From contig JARKQN010000078.1 in assembly GCA_029974835.1 (NCBI GenBank), forward strand, positions 11,172 through 75,171: 64,000 nucleotides of DNA. The letters are read 5' to 3'. How positions within the stretch are numbered: position 1 is the first letter of the stretch; each line of letters begins with the position of its first letter. The position numbers and the translations under genes are program-made. The notes under the pieces were generated by a model, which had not been told where the DNA came from, searched no databases, and saw only the letters and a program-made list of their open reading frames with translations. The stretch is from Bacteroidales bacterium (GTDB taxonomy: Bacteria; Bacteroidota; Bacteroidia; Bacteroidales; VadinHA17). Shown in pieces: positions 56,069 through 64,000 of this stretch.

Positions 56069-58141
56069 TCAACTGTCCGGAATTCTTTTTTCAATCCGGA
56101 TTCTTGCGTCAACTGCAATAATTTCTTCGCCGTTTCCCATCAGTGGGTTAAGGTCAAGTTCTATTATTTCCGGTGCAGCTTCAATAAGTGCGGATAGCCG
56201 GCATATCAGCTCTGCAAATGATTTTTCGCTCACGCCGCCCTGCCCCCTGACTCCCTTTATTAAGCCATATCCTTTAAGGGAGCGTATCATATCGATGGCG
56301 GTATTTATTCCTACCGGTATAAGGGAAAATGAAAAATCCTTAAGAACCTCCACAAAAATACCCCCCAGGCCAGCCAGCAGGATGTGTCCGAATCCGGCTT
56401 CATACTTAACACCTGCAAAGAGTTCGGTTCCCGGGGTCATTTTCTGTATTAATACCTTTCTGCATTCTTTAATTGCCATTAGCCGGCGGAATGATTCCAG
56501 GGCTTTTTCATTGTCTGAAACATTAAGTACCACACCTCCGGCATCTGTTTTATGAAGAGGTCCGACCGCCTTCATGGCAACCGGAAATCCTACACTCTTT
56601 ATAGCTGATATTGTCTCCTTCTCACCGGCTGCATATAACGAAAGCGGTCTTTGTATTCCTGCCGCATCAAGAAGTATATCTGCATCCTCAGGTTCAAGGT
56701 ATCCGCCGGCAGCGGATTCAATTACAGATCTTATCAATTTATGATTAACTCTGAAGCCATTATCCGTACCGGTTTCCGGCTGAGGTGCATTCAGGACTGC
56801 CGAAAGGGCTTTGCCGAATATTGCCTCATCTGTGAAGTAAATATTTCCTTTTGCCGCAAATTCATCCATCTCCTTCCCGGCATTGATAAGTGAAGGCAGA
56901 ATTGCATAGACAGGTTTACGGCAGATTCTCATTTTCTCATGAAGAACTTTATAGACATTTTTCACGGAAAAGAGTCCAGGGCTGCCGAAGATAACGGCTA
57001 TTGAATCAATGTTACTGAAGTCATTGTCACAGGCATCAAGTATAAGTCCGAGTTGTTCTGCGGTGCCTGTAGCCAGGAAATCCACCGGGTTTGCAACCGA
57101 AGAGCCCGGGTGGAGTTTCTCCTTCAGCCGTTCAGCTGCAGGGCCTGTAATATGCGGCACCTCAATGCCGTTCTTCGAGAGAACATCCGTAAGTATTACT
57201 GCGGGTCCTCCTGCATGGGTAACTATTCCGACCCTCCTGCCTGCAGGTTTCCTGTGAAGGAATACCGAAGCGACTGCAACCAGTTCCGAACGGCTGTGAC
57301 ATCTGATAATTCCGGCCTTTCTGAACAGGGCGTCGTAAGCCATATCCGGACTAGCCATTGCCCCTGTGTGTGATGAAGCGGCCCTTATGCCGGCCTCAGA
57401 CACCCCTGCTTTAAGGGCGGCTATCCTGCATCCTTTGGCTATCAGTGAAGCAGAGTGTTTAAGGAGTTTTCCGGGGTTACGGATGCTTTCGATGTAAAGC
57501 AGTTTGACGCCGGCACTGCTTCCGGGCGTGTAGGAATCGTCAAGATATTCAAGCACGTCCTCGATGCCTGTCTGGGCACTGTTGCCCACAGACCATACCG
57601 CGGAGAAAGGCACACCGTTTGTAACGGCAGCCTCCATTATGAATACCGCCGTTGCACCTGATCCGGAGATAAGCTCTACGCCGTCGGGTCTAAGTACCGG
57701 CAGGGGTGTTGTAAAAACCCCCGCATAATTCATGTTCAGAAACCCTATGCAGTTCGGACCAATCAGGGTCCCCCCTGCCGAACTGATGACCGAAGCAATT
57801 TTCTGTTCAGCCTCACGACCTTCTCCGCTCTCCTCGCCAAAGCCGGCCGAAAGAATTATGAATGCCCCGGTCTTTTTCTGCTCCGCGAGCACCGTAACGG
57901 CCTGCAGGCACATCTTCGCCGGTATGGCAAGAATGGCAAGATCGCAGGGCGGAAGAAGAGAGACATCAGGATAAGATTTAATACCTTGTATAACCTGTGC
58001 TTTGGGGTTTACAACATAGAGATGCCCCTTGTATCCTCCCGAAATGAGATTATACAATACTTTGCCTCCGGTTTTGGATATATCTTCGGATCCTCCTACC
58101 ACGGCAATGCTGCCGGGATTTAACAGTTTTTCATTGATCAT
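56069..58141 (-). CDS. ADP-forming acetyl/acyl-CoA synthetase (fused CoA-binding, ligase and ATP-grasp domains)
   Basis: N-terminal CoA-binding segment LLNPGSIAVVGGSED. Phosphohistidine loop ASSHTGAMAS. C-terminal ATP-grasp half. 690 aa. Confidence 0.82.
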   Translation of the reverse strand: MINEKLLNPGSIAVVGGSEDISKTGGKVLYNLISGGYKGHLYVVNPKAQVIQGIKSYPDVSLLPPCDLAILAIPAKMCLQAVTVLAEQKKTGAFIILSAGFGEESGEGREAEQKIASVISSAGGTLIGPNCIGFLNMNYAGVFTTPLPVLRPDGVELISGSGATAVFIMEAAVTNGVPFSAVWSVGNSAQTGIEDVLEYLDDSYTPGSSAGVKLLYIESIRNPGKLLKHSASLIAKGCRIAALKAGVSEAGIRAASSHTGAMASPDMAYDALFRKAGIIRCHSRSELVAVASVFLHRKPAGRRVGIVTHAGGPAVILTDVLSKNGIEVPHITGPAAERLKEKLHPGSSVANPVDFLATGTAEQLGLILDACDNDFSNIDSIAVIFGSPGLFSVKNVYKVLHEKMRICRKPVYAILPSLINAGKEMDEFAAKGNIYFTDEAIFGKALSAVLNAPQPETGTDNGFRVNHKLIRSVIESAAGGYLEPEDADILLDAAGIQRPLSLYAAGEKETISAIKSVGFPVAMKAVGPLHKTDAGGVVLNVSDNEKALESFRRLMAIKECRKVLIQKMTPGTELFAGVKYEAGFGHILLAGLGGIFVEVLKDFSFSLIPVGINTAIDMIRSLKGYGLIKGVRGQGGVSEKSFAELICRLSALIEAAPEIIELDLNPLMGNGEEIIAVDARIRIEKRIPDS

Positions 58142-58332
58142 TGCAAAAAATGCTAAGAAAAAGACAATAAAACTCCTGGAAAAGGTACCGGATTACGTCT
58201 TCTATAAACCGGCAAACCGTTTCAGAAACCCGACATTCAGGGCAATATTATAAAGGTATTGCTGAGAAATATATTCAGGACACATAAATCCTACCGAAAA
58301 GTCTTCGAAAATTATAAAAATTATTTTCAATC

Positions 58333-59253
58333 TCAGTATATAAGTTCGCTTACCTCTTCAATAGCTTTTTTGACAGTCGTGCTGAAATATCTTTGATCGT
58401 AGAGGTTAAGGGTTTCGGAAAGCCGTTTATGGAAGTAAAGAATAATCTTTTTGCCCCTGTAGTCGTTACCGGTGCCGGGAGTATGAAAATATACTCCGTT
58501 CTCTCCGTCTGTGTTCTCGCCTATCAGCACTATACATTTATGCCGTGAGTTATCTGAGGAAACGGAAGCGGCATAGATGCCTCCAGGTGGAATCAGCTTG
58601 TCCGGTTCGATCTTCCCGGCGGAAAAGAAATTATAATCACTGACCGGCAGGTTGCGGGCCTCTTCCGGAAAACACATTATCATATAATGATTATCGAGGT
58701 AGGCATTTGCCCGCTGAATATATCCGTCGCTGATTGCTTTCCTGATCCTGGTGGAGCTGACTGTTTCATGCTCCACTTCCCTGGCAGGAATCTCTTCTGC
58801 TTCAAATCCGTAGATATCCTTCAGATTCCAGAGGTAGTTATAATCTCCCTGTCTGTTGCAGCCGAAATGATGATTGAATCCGACCACAATAACTCTGGCC
58901 CCGATAACAGAGACCAGGTAATCCCTTACAAACTCCTCGCAGGTGATCCTTGAGAATTCTCTAGTAAATTCAGCGATTATGACATTATCTACACCGGCTT
59001 TTTCAAGCAGCAGCATTTTTTCGTCCGTTGTATTTATCAGCCTGAGGCTTTTGCCTGCAGATTCAGGGTAAAGCACCTTCCGCGGGTGAGGATGAAAAGT
59101 GATCAGTACTGTTTCACCGTTATACAGCGAGGCAAGGTTACGCAGACGGTTGATAATTGCTTTGTGCCCCACGTGCACGCCATCGAACGAACCGGTAGTG
59201 ACAACAGGATTTCTGAATTGCTTTAACGCTCCAAAGCCTCTGAAGATATCCAT
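58333..59253 (-). CDS. ribF: Bifunctional riboflavin kinase / FMN adenylyltransferase
   Basis: VVTTGSFDGVHVGHKAII and SSTRIRKAI motifs. Confidence 0.9.
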   Translation of the reverse strand: MDIFRGFGALKQFRNPVVTTGSFDGVHVGHKAIINRLRNLASLYNGETVLITFHPHPRKVLYPESAGKSLRLINTTDEKMLLLEKAGVDNVIIAEFTREFSRITCEEFVRDYLVSVIGARVIVVGFNHHFGCNRQGDYNYLWNLKDIYGFEAEEIPAREVEHETVSSTRIRKAISDGYIQRANAYLDNHYMIMCFPEEARNLPVSDYNFFSAGKIEPDKLIPPGGIYAASVSSDNSRHKCIVLIGENTDGENGVYFHTPGTGNDYRGKKIILYFHKRLSETLNLYDQRYFSTTVKKAIEEVSELIY

Positions 59254-59263
59254 CCCCGGTTTG

Positions 59264-59890
59264 TTATCTGATGCTTTCCTTTACAAAATAGGCCACTTTT
59301 TCGATTGAAGTCACCATGTCATATTCTTCGAGATAGACCGTCGGCGGTACATTCAGTGACACAGTTGTGAAGTTGAGTACACCTTTAACGCCGAAACGGA
59401 CGGCATCATCGCAGGTGCTCCTGGCGTAATCGGGAGGGACGGTAAGGATAATTATTGAGATATTGAGCTCTTTTATCATGTTTTCCATCTCCCTTACATC
59501 ATAGCACCTTACACCGGAAATAACTTTTCCGGTTTTCTGCTGATCATTATCGAAGGAAGCAACCAGATTAAGCTTGGATCTTTTCCCTCTGAAATATGAA
59601 GAAACGGCACGTCCGAGGTTTCCCATGCCGATGATCGCGACATTCAGCGGTGTCTCGGAATCGATTACCCTGCCAATAGTTTCCACGAGCACCCTGATAT
59701 CATAACCTTTTCTAATTCCGCTCGAGTATCCGATAAGCATTAAGTCGCGACGCACCTGTACTGCTGTAATGTGCAGCAATGAGGCCAGTTCATGTGAATA
59801 AATGTAATTCTTTCCCTGAGAAATAAGTGTAAGCAGGACTCTCCTGTATTCACTCAGCCTTTCGACAGTTTTTCCGGGAAGTTTTTTCAT
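59264..59890 (-). CDS. rex: Redox-sensing transcriptional repressor Rex
   Basis: I prefer the start MKKLPGKTVERLSEYRRVLL (Met24 of the tracked ORF). Winged-helix segment AVQVRRDLMLIGY. Rossmann segment VAIIGMGNLGRAV. Confidence 0.88.
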   Translation of the reverse strand: MKKLPGKTVERLSEYRRVLLTLISQGKNYIYSHELASLLHITAVQVRRDLMLIGYSSGIRKGYDIRVLVETIGRVIDSETPLNVAIIGMGNLGRAVSSYFRGKRSKLNLVASFDNDQQKTGKVISGVRCYDVREMENMIKELNISIIILTVPPDYARSTCDDAVRFGVKGVLNFTTVSLNVPPTVYLEEYDMVTSIEKVAYFVKESIR

Positions 59891-59900
59891 AATTGATGTT

Positions 59901-61025
59901 TTATTGATTAAGTGGTAACCTGACCGTAAAAATAGAACCTTTTTCCGGTATACTTTCAACTGATATTGTTCCTTTGTAAAGGTCGACTACTTTTTTTACA
60001 ATGGACAAGCCGAGTCCGCTGCCGGTTATATTTTTTGTTTCATCGCGTTTTATTCTTACGAATTCGGTAAAGAGGGATTCCATATCTTCAGGTCTGATGC
60101 CTATTCCGGTGTCGGAGAATATCACGACAGCCTCACCCGGGCTTTTGTCGATTGTTATTTCCACCTTACCTTCCCTGCGGTTATACTTTACGGCATTCGA
60201 TATCAGGTTATTAAAGATTATGGCGATATCTTCCGGGTCGGCCATTATTACGGCTTCGGCTTTTTTAATCACCTCTATCTGCACCTCCATCTGGATTGCA
60301 TAAGGCTGTATTGTTGCCACGGAATCGGACACGGCAGAAGCCAGGTTAACCGGTTGCAGTTTCTCTTCACGTTTCTCGAGTCTTATCTTCGTAAAATCAA
60401 GCAGGTCCATGATCAGGTTTCTCATTCCCTGGATTCTCTGCAGCGATCTGTCGATGGGTACCGCATAATCGTCAATTTTTTCGCCGTACTGTCTTTCCTG
60501 CATCATCCTCAGGTATCCTTCAATGGCGTTTAATGGCGCCTTGAGCTCATGTGAGAGTACTGAAAGAAACTGGTATCTTACTTTTTTACCCTCCTCGTTG
60601 AGCCTGTGAGTTATTCTTTTCAGATAGAGTTGCTTGGTTATATTCTCAATGCTCGATTTCAGTTCCTGAGGGGTAAATGGTTTGGGAATGAAATCGGAGG
60701 CTCCGTTCCGGGTCGCCCTGACAGCCACGTCGAGTGAAGCATATGAGGTTATCATAGCCACAACCATGTCGTGATTTTTCTTTCTGATATTATCCAGTAC
60801 ATCCACGCCCTGCATTCCCGGCAGTTTATTGTCGAGAAGAACGATATCGGGTTTGTTTTTTTCGATAATCTCAAGAGCCTCCTCTCCCGTGGGTGCTTCA
60901 AGGATTTCGAAAGAAAAATCCTCATCCATAAAAGGATAGGTCACGGAAAAATTTCCCAGGATTCTGGCCACGCCCGATCTTATTCCTGGTTCATCATCAA
61001 CCACAAGAACCTTAAGAATACCCAT
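59901..61025 (-). CDS. Response-regulator receiver fused to a histidine kinase (REC-HisKA-HATPase)
   Basis: REC segment KVLVVDDEPGIR...IVLLDNKLPGMQG. H-box LSVLSHELKAPLNAI. G-box GSGLGLSIVKKVV. Confidence 0.9.
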   Translation of the reverse strand: MGILKVLVVDDEPGIRSGVARILGNFSVTYPFMDEDFSFEILEAPTGEEALEIIEKNKPDIVLLDNKLPGMQGVDVLDNIRKKNHDMVVAMITSYASLDVAVRATRNGASDFIPKPFTPQELKSSIENITKQLYLKRITHRLNEEGKKVRYQFLSVLSHELKAPLNAIEGYLRMMQERQYGEKIDDYAVPIDRSLQRIQGMRNLIMDLLDFTKIRLEKREEKLQPVNLASAVSDSVATIQPYAIQMEVQIEVIKKAEAVIMADPEDIAIIFNNLISNAVKYNRREGKVEITIDKSPGEAVVIFSDTGIGIRPEDMESLFTEFVRIKRDETKNITGSGLGLSIVKKVVDLYKGTISVESIPEKGSIFTVRLPLNQ

Positions 61026-61026
61026 T

Positions 61027-61431
61027 TCAGCGATTTAAGAGTTTGATTATTTCCTGATCAAGCTGTTCCGGTCTCACTCCTTTTTCAAGGTATGAATCTG
61101 CCCTTATCCAATCTTTTTCGGTACGGCTGTCGGTACTGAATGATATACCGGTTTCGCGGGCAACTGCGGTGGGTATTATAACAGGCACGTCAGGATACTT
61201 TTTCTTCATCTTATAACATAGAATAAATCCGCTGTCGTCATTCTCCATCATCAGGTCGAATACAGCGACATCAGGTTTCTGGCCTGCTATATAGGCTTCA
61301 GCCTCAGCCTGGCTGCTTACGCCGGCAACTCTGTAACCCGCCTTTTCGAGCCCTGCTATAGTCTGGAAGAGGTAATCGGGATCATCATCCGCAACAAGCA
61401 CTGTATATTTTTTCCTGTCCATAATCTGCAA
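61027..61431 (-). CDS. Stand-alone response-regulator receiver domain protein
   Basis: TVLVADDDPD...VAVFDLMM. There is no output domain. Its stop codon lies 1 nt from the start of the next gene. Confidence 0.85.
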   Translation of the reverse strand: MQIMDRKKYTVLVADDDPDYLFQTIAGLEKAGYRVAGVSSQAEAEAYIAGQKPDVAVFDLMMENDDSGFILCYKMKKKYPDVPVIIPTAVARETGISFSTDSRTEKDWIRADSYLEKGVRPEQLDQEIIKLLNR

Positions 61432-61465
61432 ATATCAAATATTTAATAAAACAACAATAGTCAGT

Positions 61466-63421
61466 TTACTCTTTTTTCCTTGGCAGCACAATACGGAAAC
61501 TTGTTCCTGTAGGACCTTTCGATGGATCGTCATTTGATTCAACCGTAATCTGGCCCTTATGCATTTTAACAATGCCATAGGCTGTTGCTAGGCCCAGCCC
61601 GGTACCATGGCCTATACCCTTGGTTGTAAAGAACGGTTCAAAGATTTTGGATCTGTTCTCCTCCTTAATGCCTGTACCTGTGTCTTTCACCTCAATTATA
61701 ATATCCCCCGGAGTATCTTTCATCGTCAGTGTAACAGTACCTCCCTGCGGCATGGCATCGATGGCATTCTTGATGAGATTTGATATTACCTGGGTCATCT
61801 GTTCGTGATCGAGCATTGCCTGGGGACTTGTAAGATTACAGACTATTTCGGTTTTAACATTTTCTGGAACAATAACACTTTCCAGGCTGTGCCCTACAAG
61901 CTCTTTCACGTTCACCTCCTGGTGGTTTACCTGGTTTTTACGTGCAAAATTAAGTAGTCCCCCCACAATTTTCTTGCAGCGGCCGGCCTGTTCGGCTATC
62001 AGTTTGAGGTCTTCTCTCATGGGATCATCCGGCCGGCATTCATCAAGAAGTATGTTACTGTACATTATCACCACCCCAAGGGGGTTATTCAGTTCATGGG
62101 CAATGCCTGCCGAAAGCTGTCCCATATGAGCCAGTTTCTCGGATTGTCTGAGGGCCTGTTTCATGGTACTGAGTTTCTCGTTCGACACTTCGAGCTGCCG
62201 TACCATATTATGAAGATTCTCTATGGTCCATGGAAGGCACATTTCCGACTCGGCCAGTCCTTTCTTAATGGCTATTGCGTGTTCCACGCAGGTTTCGTAG
62301 CCGCAGGCGCCGCAATTAAGATGATCCTTGATGGTATGCTTGCCCATTGCTGCCAGAATATCTGTTACGTCTTCGTCGGTATTTATGATTCTCTGGTCGG
62401 CCGGGGAATAACGCACAGAGAGGTCGAGTGATGAAAATTCGTCCATGTTTTTTTCCCACTCAAGGAGGTTCATGTTCCACATCTTTTCGCGTGCATAGGA
62501 ACTTACCAGGTTTCGCCTGTTATATTGTTTCCCGTTCCTTGAGAGTCCCGGTCCCATTATACAGCCTTCGCAGCAAAGCAGCTCCATATGGGAATTCTTC
62601 AGTAGTCCTGCCTCATACTCCTTAAGGGCATTCTGAAAATCTATTCTTCCTTCGGCTGCAATTATATTGCCCGTTATTGCATCATCGTTAATACCGGCCG
62701 TCTGCATCAAACCTCTTGTAACAGGGAATATTGCACCTCTTCCTCCCTTGGGGGGATCAAAATCGGACGGGGTACTATTTTCAGGCCTGATACCACTTCT
62801 CTGAAACAGGTCTCTCAGTTCCAGAAAAGTTATTGCCTCATCTATTTCCTGGCTTTCAGCCTTTTTGGCAATGCAGGGTCCGATGAAAACTATTTTCAGA
62901 TTATCTCCGTATTTTTTCCGCATTACCCTTGAAGTTGCAACCATTGGAGAGACTACAGGGGCGAGATGGTCGACAAGATCCGGATGATAAAACCTTACGT
63001 AATTAACTATGGAAGGACAGTCGGATGAGATGTAATACCTGTCTCCCGACATGAGGCTTCCGAAGCGGTGAGCGACAAGGTCGGCCCCGAAAGAGACCTC
63101 TGCCACAAGGCTGAACCCCAGACTCCTTACCATGCCCACAAAAACCCTGTAATCAGTAATCTCCTGAAACTCAGCCGGAAAGCTGGGTGCAATGATTGCA
63201 GCGGTTCTTTCACCCGATTCAATAAGGTTAATAACCCTGCCGGTAGTATCGAGGAAGACCTTTGCACCCTGGCTGCAAACCTTTGTGCAGTTTCCGCAGG
63301 CGATACACCTGTCGGCAATGACTTCCGCCTGACCTCCGACAATCCGTATTGCCTTGGCCGGGCATTCCCTCACACATGTATAACAGGTGCGGCAGAGTTC
63401 TTTAATGGTATATACAAGCAT
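61466..63421 (-). CDS. [FeFe]-hydrogenase-like sensor domain (HydS-type) fused to a histidine kinase
   Basis: N-terminal 2x[4Fe-4S] motifs (CRTCYTCVRECP, CIACGNCTKVC). H-domain motifs SSDCP (aa 132-136), GPCIAKKAE (aa 181-189) and LLCCEGCIMGPG (aa 281-292). Cx2Cx4Cx16C at aa 370-395. A coiled linker follows, then H-box AGIAHELNNPL and GHGTGLGLATAYG. Confidence 0.8.
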   Translation of the reverse strand: MLVYTIKELCRTCYTCVRECPAKAIRIVGGQAEVIADRCIACGNCTKVCSQGAKVFLDTTGRVINLIESGERTAAIIAPSFPAEFQEITDYRVFVGMVRSLGFSLVAEVSFGADLVAHRFGSLMSGDRYYISSDCPSIVNYVRFYHPDLVDHLAPVVSPMVATSRVMRKKYGDNLKIVFIGPCIAKKAESQEIDEAITFLELRDLFQRSGIRPENSTPSDFDPPKGGRGAIFPVTRGLMQTAGINDDAITGNIIAAEGRIDFQNALKEYEAGLLKNSHMELLCCEGCIMGPGLSRNGKQYNRRNLVSSYAREKMWNMNLLEWEKNMDEFSSLDLSVRYSPADQRIINTDEDVTDILAAMGKHTIKDHLNCGACGYETCVEHAIAIKKGLAESEMCLPWTIENLHNMVRQLEVSNEKLSTMKQALRQSEKLAHMGQLSAGIAHELNNPLGVVIMYSNILLDECRPDDPMREDLKLIAEQAGRCKKIVGGLLNFARKNQVNHQEVNVKELVGHSLESVIVPENVKTEIVCNLTSPQAMLDHEQMTQVISNLIKNAIDAMPQGGTVTLTMKDTPGDIIIEVKDTGTGIKEENRSKIFEPFFTTKGIGHGTGLGLATAYGIVKMHKGQITVESNDDPSKGPTGTSFRIVLPRKKE

Positions 63422-63438
63422 TCTCTATACTTTTTTTA

Positions 63439-64000
63439 TCAGAGTAGCACATCCCTTTTCACGAATGAAGTGTGAAGCAGTTTGCCGGCAGGGTTTTTCG
63501 CATTTTGTTTCACCTCTTTCAGGTAGAAATTAAATATTGCCGGTGATGCGGACGGCATCTGGACAGGGTCTGTTTCTTCGTTCTGGTAAGCCAGCCTGGC
63601 CCTGTTTCTGATTTCCTCCTTCGATGCCGGGGCGGGCATGCCTCCTCCGTTTACACACCCTCCCGGGCATACCATTACCTCGACCAGGTCATATTGCTTT
63701 CCTGAAGAGATTTGTTCTTTGAGCTTTGCAAAACCTGCCAGGCCGTCAACGACGGCAACTCTAATTTTTCTGCCCTGAATTTCAGGTTCAGCTTCACGGA
63801 ACGAAGATGTTCCTCTGAGGCTTTTAAAAGGTTTTCTGCCCGGGTCATTCCCTGAAAGCTTCAGTGAAGTGTAGCGCATTACGGCTTCAGCGAGACCTCC
63901 TGAGACTTCCGCAATAACCGCTGCAGAACTTTTCAGTGAGGCAGGTTCGTCAGCCTGCTCCCCTTCGGTTTCAACAGCATCGATGCCGTAAAGCTTTATC
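63439..64000 (-). CDS. hydA: [FeFe]-hydrogenase catalytic subunit, C-terminal part (5' end lies beyond the right edge)
   Basis: The canonical L3 motif VEVMVCPGGCVNGGGMP is present. My own translation upstream of the tracked Met stays open to nt 64000: ...KLYGIDAVETEGEQADEPASLKSSAAVIAEVSGGLAEAVMRYT. This parallels the clostridial HydA GGVMEAALR region. Confidence 0.8.
   Translation of the reverse strand, partial: IKLYGIDAVETEGEQADEPASLKSSAAVIAEVSGGLAEAVMRYTSLKLSGNDPGRKPFKSLRGTSSFREAEPEIQGRKIRVAVVDGLAGFAKLKEQISSGKQYDLVEVMVCPGGCVNGGGMPAPASKEEIRNRARLAYQNEETDPVQMPSASPAIFNFYLKEVKQNAKNPAGKLLHTSFVKRDVLL

Noticed and set aside
55945-59263. Rex operator (TTGTGAA-N6-TTCACAA) in intergenic regions of the redox block.
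   Set aside because: A scan by eye found only isolated half-sites inside coding regions elsewhere (for example around 13983 and 45370). I found no paired site in these spacers. This needs a proper matrix scan and is not claimed.

Overview
This is a gene-dense chromosomal segment that reads as an anaerobic Bacteroidota genome. The signs are Bacteroides-type TTTG/TAnnTTTG promoter motifs, gldF/gldG, a T9SS C-terminal sorting domain, GH95/GH105, futalosine-type mqnA and an [FeFe]-hydrogenase. I call about 58 protein genes and one tRNA-Val(CAC). I saw no rRNA, CRISPR array, transposase or integrase.

Layout:
- (i) 1-7.7 kb, minus strand: a surface-structure operon with three small DUF4402/spore-coat-U-like secreted proteins, a PapD-like periplasmic chaperone and a 1593-aa glycine-rich protein carrying a T9SS sorting domain.
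- (ii) 7.9-10.4 kb: a PAS/GAF hybrid sensor kinase.
- (iii) 10.5-25 kb: a pectin/hexuronate locus (kduD, kduI, uxaC, SDR reductase, LarA-family enzyme, gnd, exuT-like MFS, LacI regulator, uxaE-like epimerase, GH95, GH105). A 305-bp spacer inside it is packed with tandem repeats and hairpins.
- (iv) 25-51.9 kb: housekeeping genes (purB, mqnA, dnaN, gldFG, lpxB, surE, pheT, gmk, nadD and others).
- (v) 51.9-64 kb, minus strand: a redox block with a 4-subunit 2-oxoacid:ferredoxin oxidoreductase, aminotransferase, ADP-forming acyl-CoA synthetase, ribF, rex, REC-histidine kinase, stand-alone REC, an [FeFe]-hydrogenase-like sensor fused directly to a histidine kinase, and the 3' part of a catalytic-type hydA.

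The best candidates for undescribed biology are:
1. The chaperone/DUF4402 locus, where a T9SS cargo sits in the position an usher normally occupies.
2. The hydrogenase-kinase phosphorelay next to Rex.
3. The LarA-family enzyme with all nickel-pincer residues, embedded between a mannonate-type reductase and gnd.

All calls rest on reading the supplied translations and sequence by eye. No searches were run.
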